From Candidatus Bathyarchaeota archaeon (GTDB lineage Archaea; Thermoproteota; Bathyarchaeia; Bathyarchaeales; DTEX01), in contig CAVQNT010000006.1 in assembly GCA_963714275.1 (NCBI GenBank), forward strand, positions 256,001 through 320,000: DNA of 64,000 bases, read 5' to 3'. Below are positions 54,328 to 64,000 of the stretch, one piece after another. The notes under the pieces were generated by a model. The model did no database searches. It had not been told where the DNA came from and worked only from the letters and a program-made list of their open reading frames with translations. The position numbers were made by a program, and so were the translations under genes. Positions within the stretch are counted from its first letter, which is position 1; every line of letters begins with the position of its first letter.

Positions 54328-54852
54328 GTGGGAAGCATGGAAACATCAATCGAAAACGAAGACAAGATTACAAACAAAAATCTGGATGTAAGTACTTACT
54401 TACTTACTTACTTACATAAGGAAAAACCTAATGACCGTTACCATCTTACAACGAATATTTCTCGAAGTCTCTACCGCCAGTTTGACGTGACCTGTAGAAA
54501 GTTAGGCTTAACAAGTAAAGGAGCAATTAATTCCGCGCTGGAAGGTCTCATAGCCTATTTTGTGGAGCAGTACCGGGACAGGCCAACGGTTGTTCAGCAG
54601 ACTTTAACTAACATTTTCGTCAAAGCTGAACCAAACAGCGAAGTAATCATAGACCTTTCGCAGAAGCTGGAAGCAAAACTCGTAAGAAAAAATTTAGCGT
54701 TCTTTCTTGACAGACTGGAAAACAAGAAGGGTCAACCAGACATAATGATTCACGATTTCAGGAAAACCCTGTCTGAAGCAATCAACATTTACAAAAAAAC
54801 GTTCGACCCGGACCTTGAAAAGCTACTGAAACAGTCAGAAAAGTGGGTATGA
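54328..54852 (+). CDS. Hypothetical protein, possible ribbon-helix-helix DNA-binding domain
   Basis: HLTTNISRSLYRQF...INSALEGLI..FV beta-alpha-alpha pattern. Confidence 0.55.
   Translation: MGSMETSIENEDKITNKNLDVSTYLLTYLHKEKPNDRYHLTTNISRSLYRQFDVTCRKLGLTSKGAINSALEGLIAYFVEQYRDRPTVVQQTLTNIFVKAEPNSEVIIDLSQKLEAKLVRKNLAFFLDRLENKKGQPDIMIHDFRKTLSEAINIYKKTFDPDLEKLLKQSEKWV
54386..54417. repeat. (TACT)5 microsatellite bounded by a 9-bp inverted repeat
   Basis: ATGTAAGTACTTACTTACTTACTTACTTACAT. Confidence 0.85.
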
Positions 54853-54855
54853 TCT

Positions 54856-55047
54856 ATGAATAAAGCACACAAATCCTTAAAACCACGTTATAATGGGCAC
54901 ACAAATCAGGTTGAACGCTGCAGCAACCCCTGGAAGCCAGGTTGCGAATACACTGACATAGCTGTCGACATTGAACATAAGGGGAAGCGGCGTCCAGTCT
55001 GCCGAAAATGCTGGGAAAGAATCAGCAGGAGTCGACGCCAATGGTGA
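54856..55047 (+). CDS. Small Cys4 zinc-finger protein
   Basis: CSNPWKPGC...VCRKCW. Confidence 0.55.
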   Translation: MNKAHKSLKPRYNGHTNQVERCSNPWKPGCEYTDIAVDIEHKGKRRPVCRKCWERISRSRRQW

Positions 55048-55284
55048 CTAGAGGGTTTTGTGCTGATATATCTACCCTTGGCGGTTTACGAATCCCGAGG
55101 GTACGGAAAGATACTTTTTCGTCATTGATTTTAGGGCTGAAAAATGGTGCTGAAAAGGGTCTAAAAAACTCGTCTAGAAGAGAGTTGAAAGGGCTTGGAA
55201 TGTGGTTCACGGAAAGGTATGTTAACATTACTGGTTTGTATCCAGAGTCGGTTTTTGTGGTGATTCAGTATTTTGTGGAGGCGA

Positions 55285-55510
55285 ATGTTGTTGAAGAGGA
55301 AAAAAGACCAAATTGTTGAGATTAAGCGTATAGAAGTTGAAATTAAGGATATTCAAGGCTGTTTTCCAGCCCAGATTATAGCACGCGGAAGCAAGCTTTT
55401 ACGTCCGTTTGGATCCCTCTTTCATCAGATTCTACGAGTTGCAGCCGGGAGACGAGATCCTAGTCACAATCACGGAAGCAAAACGTGAAAAAAGAGAGGA
55501 AACAAAATGA
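55285..55510 (+). CDS. AbrB/MazE/SpoVT-like DNA-binding protein (one apparent indel)
   Basis: Removing one T near 55398 gives RGSKLYVRLDPSFIRFYELQPGDEILVTI. Confidence 0.6.
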
Positions 55511-55744
55511 GGATAAACATTGTCATCAACGGATGGCGTGACCTTGCTAAGATGATATTGCGGGTTGCTAGTGAGCTTATTCAAGTCCGTTCGAAGGCCA
55601 AAAATAGCATTCCACAACTCGGTAAAAGGGGTTCCGTTAGGCGTTGCCTAGCTAGCTAGAGAAGGCTTGGCTCCCTACATCTTCTCGAAGCTTTATATCC
55701 GACATGGCATAGTTAAGAACAGACAGTTTAGAAGGTAAAATTGG

Positions 55745-56186
55745 ATGTCAGAGGGAAATATTGAGAGTATTATACGTGATTTTCGTGAAGCGATTGAAAA
55801 AGGGAACGTGGAGAAGACGCTCTCCTTCCTTACAGAAGATGTTGTCTGGGTCGTACCTGAGGGTACATTCAGAGGAAAGGAAGAAGTGAAGCGTTTATTA
55901 AATTGGTGGGCTCAAGTCGGTAAGACACACTTCAAGGATACAGGGATTGGAATTATGGTGAAAGGGAATAAGGCTGTCTACGAGTACATCGCAGAGGCTG
56001 AATCAAGGGAAGGAGCAAAGTATGAGATGCCTGGAATATGCATCTACGAGTTTAAGAATGAAAAGATCCAGAGTCACAGGGTCCTTTATGATAGACTCTC
56101 AGCTGCCAAGCAGTCGGCTTAAAGGGACAGTAGCCAAAAGAGTGGTAAACACCGTTGTGAACAGATGGGAGAAGGGATTACACTAG
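55745..56186 (+). CDS. NTF2/SnoaL-like protein (apparent indel near 56119)
   Basis: F.TED..W..P.G.F.GKE, IYEF...KI; corrected C-terminus ends EKGLH. Confidence 0.8.
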
Positions 56187-56274
56187 AACATGTTAGTTTC
56201 ATTTTTTTGTCAAATCTTAGCTCAGCTAGTATTTTTTGCTAGTTAGAGCTCAGGGTGTTTTAAAATTTTTTCTT

Positions 56275-56601
56275 CTATTGCAAGTTCAATGTAACTCTTT
56301 AGATTGCTTAATTCCTACCTGGTAATTATGAGGTTCTGTTTGTAAAAGGTTCTTTATTCTTTCTAGTGTTGCTTGGATTTGGTTTAGGGTTTTTTGGTGG
56401 CTTAGGAGGATGGACATGAACATGGCGTCGGACACTATTGGCCTTGTTGCTGCTCCGAGCTGCTGAAGCGTGGCACCTGCACTCGTTCATCATTTCTTCG
56501 AAGGCTTTCTTGTCGTCGCTTCGTAAAGCATTAAGGAATCCCTGCCATTTTTGGATCTCCCGCTCCAGAATCATCCTGTAAGAAGGAACAGTCTTTCCCA
56601 A
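56275..56601 (-). CDS. Small helical protein of the type normally linked to PolB2 operons (arCOG07300-like)
   Basis: MGKTVPSYR...WQGF..ALR..D...F, corrected RP...AMFMSILL.HQK. Confidence 0.6.
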
Positions 56602-56937
56602 CAGCCATCCACCGCAAAAGCACATTCGCCCCAGCCCAGCATTTAAAGCATCAGTGAAGAAGAAGGGAGGGGGATCTCTTCATCTTGTGGTTTAGTTGAG
56701 GGTAGCTGATTGAGGTGTTTTTAGAGAATTATTTGTACATAGTCTGATCGTGATCTGTGAGCCTTTCTGCTTTCTTCATCTAACGTTTTTATGAGGTCTT
56801 TTGTGAGGGCTATGGTAATTAGCTCAGCTTAGCAATACTGAGTTTAGATAAATTAATAGCAGACAAAAACGTTGACAGATACGTGAACTAGTCGCGTTAG
56901 CACACTTATGTAATTTAGTAAGGAAGCGACCAGCTAA

Positions 56938-59334
56938 ATGAACGACCATGATCATACGTTGGATGTAGGCACTGACACTGTAAGTGGTCTCAATATGGAT
57001 GAGGCTAAGAAAAGATTAGCCGAGTATGGATATAACGAGGTGCCTGAAAAGAAGACTAACCCGATTCTGAAATTTGCAACTAAGTTTTGGGGTTTGACCT
57101 CTTGGATGCTTGAGTTCACGGTCATCATGGAGTGGGTTCTCGGAAAATATCTCGAAGCCTACGTGATAGTGGTCCTGCTTATCTTCAATGCCGTGGTGAG
57201 CTTCATACAGGAGGAGAAGGCAAGCAGCGCAGTCGACCTTCTCAGGCAGAAGCTTGCCGTCAAGACGCGGGTCAAGAGAGGCGGAGCATGGATCCTCCTA
57301 CCCGCTAGGGAACTGGTCCCCGGCGACATAGTGCGTCTCAGAGCTGGTGATCTAACCCCCGCCGATGTTCAGGTTGTCGAAGGTCATGTGGATGTAGATC
57401 AATCCGCTCTCACAGGAGAGTCGCTGACCATTGAGAAGAAGATTGGTGACGTCCCTCTACTCAGGTTCCACGGTAAGTAGTGGCGAGATCACTGGCGTCG
57501 TCACAGCTACGGGGTTGAAGACGTATTTTGGGCGGACGGCTGAGCTTGTGCAGATTGCGAGGCCGAAGATGCATATTGAGGAAACGATAGCGAAGGTCGT
57601 AAGATGGCTTCTAGTCATGGTCGTCGCCTCAGTCGCGGTTGGTATGGGTCTTGCTTTGTTTAGAGGGATTGACCTTGCTGAGATAGCGCCCCTAATCGTA
57701 ATTTTGCTGGTGTCCGCTATTCCTGTTGCTCTGCCCACGATGTTCACTATCAGTATGGCTCTTGGCTCATTGGAGCTGTCGAGGAAAGGGGCGATAGTGA
57801 CGCGGCTCGATGCTGTAGAGGATGCGGCGTCTATGGATGTTCTCTGCGCCGACAAGACAGGGACGATTACCATGAACCGGCTCACCCTGGCCGACGCCCT
57901 TCCAGTGGGGCAGCACACGAAGGAGGAGGTGGTGCTCTATGGAGCCTTGGCGTCCCAGGAAGCGAACCAGGACCCAATCGACCTCGCCTTCATCTCTAAA
58001 GCTAGGGAGATGCAACTGCCAGTAGCGAGCTATGGTCAGGTCAGCTTTACGCCGTTTGATCCTTCAACACGTAGAACGGAGGCTTCCGTCAAGTTCGAGA
58101 ATGAGCAGCTCTACGTTGTTAAAGGGGCTGTTAAAACAATCATAGAACTCTGCAGAGACTGTCACGATGAACTCGGCAAGATAGAGCAAGACATCGACGG
58201 GTTTGTGGCGAAAGGCTATAGGATCCTCGCTGTAGCCAAGGGAGTTTCCAGAGAAGAAGTGGAGCTCATCGGAATAGCCGCTCTCTATGATAAGCCTAGG
58301 GAGGACTCGCCTCACCTCATAAGCGAGCTGAAAAAGCTCGGTATCTCGGTCAAGATGCTGACTGGAGATGCTCTCCCTATCGCAAAGGAGGTTGCTAGCC
58401 AAGCTGGGCTCGGAGATAAAATTAGCCGTATAACCGACCTGAAGAACAACCTTGACAATGAGAACACCTTAAAGACCATGGAGGAGAGCGACGGTTTTGC
58501 CGAGATCTATCCTGAGGACAAGTACCTGATAGTGAAGAGCTTGCAAGCTGGCGGTCACGTTGTTGGAATGACTGGGGATGGCGTTAACGATGCGCCAGCC
58601 CTTAAGCAGGCAGAGGTTGGCATAGCAGTTAGCAACGCTACAGATATCGCGAAGAAGTCTTCAAGCGTCGTCCTATCCCTCGAGGGCTTCGAAGGGATTT
58701 TCGCATGGTCGTAATCGGGAGGATGGTCTACCAGAGGATATCCTCTTGGACGATCAACAAGATCATAAGAACCTTCAAGCGGGTCGTCTTCATCGTCCTC
58801 GCCTTCATACTCACCGGCAGGTTCGTCGTCTCAACCTTCAACATGATTCTGCTGCTCTTCCTAAGCGACTATGTAACCCTCTCAATCTCAACAGACAAGG
58901 TCAGATACTCTGAGAAGCCCGAGAAAGAGAACACCATTGGCCTCGTCAAATTAGGCGTGTCATATGGGTCATTGATAGTCGTAGAATCCTTGCTAATCCT
59001 GTACATTGGGATGGGATATTTCGGTCTGGATTCTAATATCGAGAAGCTGCGGACCTTCATCTTCGTCTGGCTGACGCTGTCGGGATACTACACCGTTCTA
59101 TCAATACGGGAGAGGAAGCACTTCTGGGATTCGAAGCCAAGTCTATGGCTTACTTTAGCACTTGTCATCAACACAGTGATAGTATATATAATCTCTACGA
59201 TAGGTTTACCCGGGTTGGCTTCAATAACCGTCTTAGAGTTCGTCTTTCTGCTGGCTTACGGGTTCGTGTCTTGCCTTCTGATAAACGACTTGGTTAAGGT
59301 GCCCCTTACGAAGATATTCGATGTAGCGCTTTAA
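56938..59334 (+). CDS. Plasma-membrane-type H+-exporting P-type ATPase (P3A; two apparent indels)
   Basis: DQSALTGES, IPVALP, DKTGT, MTGDGVNDAPALK, M6 Asp in SDYVTLSI. Confidence 0.9.
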
Positions 59335-59351
59335 TATTGCTAGCTCACTAA

Positions 59352-59681
59352 TTATGGACGATTTGGAAAATAATAAGGTAATGTATCATATGATGAAGGT
59401 TCTGTTCCTTTATCCCTAACCCTTCGCTCTTCTCTATATTTACGTTTGGTAACTCTGATGACCTCTCCTTCTTCAATTACCCTGTAAGCCTCTGATAAGC
59501 CTCTTTGATGCAGAAACCTTTTTACAAATGCTTTTACACTCTTTGTCAACAATCTTTCTTCTCCTGCACCTAAAACTAAAGATTCACCCTTAACAGCAAT
59601 TGAAACTCGAATTCTTGACTCAAGAAAGTCAGAAAGATAATCCCGTTCTTCTTTTATTTCACTCACGTCAATCGTTATCAA
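59352..59681 (-). CDS. Ribosomal protein eL22-like
   Basis: ITIDVS, L.DFL..RI, K.FVKRFLH..GL...YRV resemble the eL22 core. Confidence 0.6.
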   Translation of the reverse strand: MITIDVSEIKEERDYLSDFLESRIRVSIAVKGESLVLGAGEERLLTKSVKAFVKRFLHQRGLSEAYRVIEEGEVIRVTKRKYREERRVRDKGTEPSSYDTLPYYFPNRP

Positions 59682-59966
59682 TGCTAATCTATTCCATAAT
59701 AATTGAAATCTAAATATGTTAATATTTGCCTTTTGAAAAAACCGTAAAGCGGCAAGAAAAAAATCATTTCAATTAGAAATGGATATCAACAAAAGATAGA
59801 CAATCTCTGTGCTGAAAAAAAGGAAATTATGTTTAAGAATTGCCTAGGAAGATCACTTAAAGGCAAAAAGGATAACTAATATATGTTCTAGCGTCTTTTA
59901 AAAAAATGAAACAAAACGTCAATGTATTAGTCTTCGTAAAATGATAATGAAGGAAAAGAAAGGAAC

Positions 59967-61398
59967 GTGCAATCTTTTTCTTATACGATTGAGACTGAAA
60001 TTCCGTCTAACTATCGAAGTAAATTACTTGATTTCATTTATCAAAAATACATCCTTCCTCAAGAAAAACGATTTACAAACATTTTAAGAACACAAGTAGA
60101 TGGTTATCCTTCACTTTCTTTCACTACACTAGACCCGAACGGCAGGCAGGACCTTAAAGTTAAGATCAAAACAAGCGAGCCAATAAACGTGGAAATTGTC
60201 TTACTTGAAGAAACAGTGTCAGAGAAGCGTATCAGCCAAATGAAAGAAGACATAATCATCAGCATCGAACTGTTTGAAGAACAGATTAGGAAGAGCACGA
60301 TTTACTTTGCGTGGAGAGAAGGCGAGGAGATAGTCCCAGAGCGGATCCATGGAAAAGAAAGTAAACTAACTAACAGGATGTTTCTTGAAACGCAAATTCT
60401 TTTCTTTATGGTATTTATTGCCCTTAGCATGGTTTTATTTGTCATTTTGAATTGGCTAACACCTATTGTTTTGATGGCAATACAGTTTGTTTTTGTCTTC
60501 TACTCTAACAGGATTATTGCAAAATCGGGAGATTGGCGAATAACCGAAAAAAATTCTAAAATACACCTGCTTGAATATCACACGCCATTAGAAGATCATA
60601 ACGAGTTTAAGCGGTTATATTCCGGTAACAAATTGGTGGAGCTGAAGAGGGAGGTATATGAACAAACAATAGCTGAAGAAAGGAAGGATTGACTGCACAT
60701 CTGTTCATGAAATATTCACAAAATTTGGGTTGAAATGTGAACCAGAAGATTTTTCCACGAAAACCATAAACGTGTATCAATTAGTGAAAAGCACTGCAGA
60801 CAAGTTCGGCTTCCCAATGCCTGATGTCGTCGTATCCAACACTATGCTCCCAAATGCTGCAGCCTCTGGACCTAGCCCCAGTTGCGGCGTAGTTCTTATT
60901 ACAACAGGCCTTCTTGTTCAACTTGAGGAAGACGAAATACTCACCGTTTTAGGCCACGAATTCGGTCATTTAAAAGGTCATGACCCTTTACTTCTTTACG
61001 GTCTGACTGCGGGTGAATTCCTTCTCCGATTCTACGTGTTCTTTTTCCTCTTTCCTTACATTTTCAGCTCTTATCTTTTCTTCTTTTACTTCTGGGGCGT
61101 TATGACAGTCATATACTTTATAGCAAAGTTTTTCGAGGCTAGAGCTGACCTCACTTCCGCCATGGTTATAGGTCAACCTCAGGTCTTAGCCAACGCGCTA
61201 ACGAAAATAGGCTTTAGAAGACTTATAGTTGAACAGTTGCCTTCTTATCGCGTCCAAGAATGGATAAGCATGGACCCTCACCCACCCATCTACTTCAGAG
61301 TCAATAGACTGGAGAAACTTAAGGTTCCTGTAGAAGTGAAACATCCTTTAATTCAATCCGCCAAAGAAGTAATAAACGGATTCCTTACAAGCATTTAA
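59967..61398 (+). CDS. M48/HtpX-like membrane Zn protease with long N-terminal domain (apparent indel near 60675)
   Basis: PNAAA.G, HEFGH, FEARAD, HPP. Confidence 0.88.
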
Positions 61399-61612
61399 TC
61401 TTAACTCTGACATATACTCGCATATTGGGGAAATCTCACTTTTTATGCAGCACTGTCATTTTCTCATCATCTTCGGGTGTGCATGGGAAGCAGGCGGCAA
61501 ATTGTTTTGTAGATCGATAAGTGAGAGCTCCTCCAGGGAGTGCAAATTATTTAATATCCTTTATTCACATCTATTTTGTTGAGAGATTGCTCTTCTAATG
61601 TGGGTGAAATAG

Positions 61613-64000
61613 TCAGCTAGCTAGCTTGATGGTTACAGAGTGTCCTCCGAACTGTTCTCTCAGTGCGGAAAGTATTTTTCCAGTGTACGAAGGGTTGTCT
61701 TGGGATTCGATTCTGAAATTTACTGCTTCCTCAATAATTTTCGTCTTTAGACCCATTTCACGCGCTGTTTTTACAGTCCATTCTCCCTCGCCAGTGTGGG
61801 CTACCGTGCCAGAGACATCCTTTAAGTCTGCGCCATGGACTTCGAACGCCTTTCCCAGCCACTCCATGAGCCTCGACTCGATCACGCTGCCGTGGTTATA
61901 CACTTCCGCCACATCCTCAAGGTTAAGCGAGTAATCCGCATTCCTCAACACAGCAAAGCCTTCAGCTATTGCCTGCATTATTCCGTATTCTATGCCGTTG
62001 TGGACCATTTTCACGAAATGACCCGCACCTGAGCCTTCGAAGAACTGGACTCCCTGAAAAACAGCAACATCAAGATACAGTGGCAGCAGTCTTTCATAGG
62101 CTTCTGTTGTTCCTCCAACCATTAGGCAAGCTCCGCTTCTTGCGCCTTTAGGTCCGCCCGAAATGCCTATGTCCACAAACATTATACCTTTTTCCTTTAG
62201 CCTTCTTGCCCGTTTGACTGAATCCTTGTAGAAGGAGTTTCCACCATCGATGACGGTGTCTCCCTTTTCAAGATGGTTCACTAAGCCTTCCTTCCCAAAC
62301 AACACCTCATCAACAGCGTCTCCAGCCTTAACCATCAACCAAACCACTCGGGGCGTCTCAAGCAACCTCGCCATTTCTTTCAGCGTAACAGCTCCGACTA
62401 TGCCCCTTTCCATCAGACCTCTGGTAACCTCGATTGTTCTGTTGAACCCCACGACCTTCCATCCCTTGTCCACAAGGTTGAACGCAAGGTTCGAACCCAT
62501 CTTCCCTAATCCAACGATACCGAGTTCTTTTTTAAGCCCAGTTGACTCCCGCAGGTTTCTCTCTACGACCTTGGACTCGGATAAAACCAAGTCCTTTCCA
62601 GGTTCATATTGTACTAGAGGAACTAGCCCTTTTTTCCAGGCTTTCAGAATCGGATCAACGAATCTCCAAGCAGCTTCAACCTCCTCTATGCTTACGAAGA
62701 AGGTTTGGTCGCCACTACGCAGTCAAAAAGGAGCTTCTCGTATTCCTCAACGTACTGGGTTTTCCTCGATTCGTCCTTAAAGACACATCTAAACTTTTTT
62801 TCTCCAACTTCTGTTATGAATCCGGGTTCCTTCAACTGAAGATACATCTCGACCGACTCTTTCGGTTCAACAGAAAAAACTATGCGACTACCTAAGTGCC
62901 CTCTTAGTTCCTTCGGGCAAAGGCAATGACTAGGATGCTTCAGGTACACAACAACCTCCTTCTTTCGTGTCCCCAGCCTCTTTCCGCTTTCAAACAAAAT
63001 CGGGACGCCTTGCCACCTCGGAGAATCGAGAAAAGCCACGGTCTTGAAATAGGTTTCAGTGCTTGAGTTAGGTTGGACTCCTTCGACGTCCTTGTATCCG
63101 CTGTATTGCGCTCTGAAGGTAAGCTGGCAGATTTCCTTGTCCGTTGGTGTTCTCAGCCTTTGCAGAATCTTCGCACGGTTTGTTCTTACGGTTTCAGGTT
63201 CGAACCTGACTGGGTTGTCCATTGTTGTTAAAGCCAGCATCTGCAGGAGATGGTTTTGTCCCACGTCCCTTAGGGCTCCGACTGAATCGTAGAATTTGCC
63301 TCTTCCCTCAACTCCTATGTCTTCCAGCAGCCTAACCTCAATGTGGTCGACGAACTTATTGTTCCAAAAGCCCTCGAAAAAGCTGTTGGCAAACCTGAAA
63401 AACAGAATGTTCTGAACCATCTCTTTCCCGAGATAGTGGTCAACAATGTAGAGTTGTTCCCGCTTGAATAAACTGCATAGAATCCCGCAAAGTTTTCTTG
63501 CGGATTTTAGGTCGCTGCCAAAGGGTTTTTCGATTATGACTCTTGTCCAGCCTTCCTTTAGTCCGCAAGGTTTCGTTAACCCAGACTTGGCGAGGTTCCT
63601 GAACGTCGGTTCATAAAGGTTTGGCGGAACGCCCAGATAGAAGAGCTTGTTGGAGCAAGTTTTCCATTCATCGTCCACTTTTCCAAGCCTAGACGCTAGG
63701 GTTTTGTAGCCCCCAAGTTTCGTTACGAACCCCTTGTGATAGAAAAAGAGTTCAGAAAATGGCTTCGTCCGCGAGGAGGCTGTCTCTATAATATCTTTGT
63801 GCTCTTTGAGGACTTGCATCACGAAATTTCTGTAGTCAACATCGGAAAGCTCTTTTCGGGCAACGCCAATGACCCTGAAAAACGCAGGCAGTTTGTTCTT
63901 CTCAAAAAGGTGAAAAAGGGCAGGTAGAACCTTTTTTGCCATGAGGTCTCCGGTTCCGCCCAAAATGACTAAGACGGTCGGAAGGTTTTTTGATTTATAA
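61613..64000 (-). CDS. zwf-gnd: Glucose-6-phosphate dehydrogenase fused to decarboxylating 6-phosphogluconate dehydrogenase (5' end outside window; one apparent indel near 62714)
   Basis: Zwf: GGTGDL, EKPFG, DHYLGKE, QNHLLQ; Gnd: GLGKMG, DGGNS, KMVHNGIEYG, FGGH; no stop codon between them. Confidence 0.88.

Noticed and set aside
1033-62722. Mass pseudogenisation or programmed frameshifting in ~20 split genes
   Set aside because: Breaks hit conserved genes (smc, argF), are single-base, and fall at AGCT or homopolymers; consensus error is far more parsimonious.

Overview
Chromosomal segment of an archaeon, most likely a TACK-lineage Bathyarchaeia member. This is inferred from the smc-scpA-scpB-rps8e-srp19-gar1-tfb cluster, fwdA/fwdC/mch, an eL22-like gene and a multi-intron tRNA. 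It is mostly housekeeping and metabolic genes (H4MPT C1 pathway, hyp maturation, argF, dapF, asnS, truD, pth2, uppS, ychF), plus bacterial-type sugar genes (GH42, kdgK-eda, zwf-gnd) and two tRNAs. About 20 genes are split by single-base indels. These look like long-read consensus errors, and about half of them restore the tetramer AGCT when corrected, which suggests genome-wide AGCT methylation. Highlights: a two-copy non-coding element with phased TGT-N3-ACA sites (2521-2740 and 28016-28240); a tRNA-Tyr with three BHB introns; an in-frame Zwf-Gnd fusion; a double-length asymmetric UvrA coupled to an alpha/alpha-barrel protein; an Eda-VOC fusion; a Thr-nucleophile sulfatase-like enzyme; probable ATA/ATC start codons; and a small mobile-element-like ORF cluster at 54.1-55.7 kb. 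No CRISPR array, rRNA, integrase or transposase was seen. All alignments and counts were done by eye.
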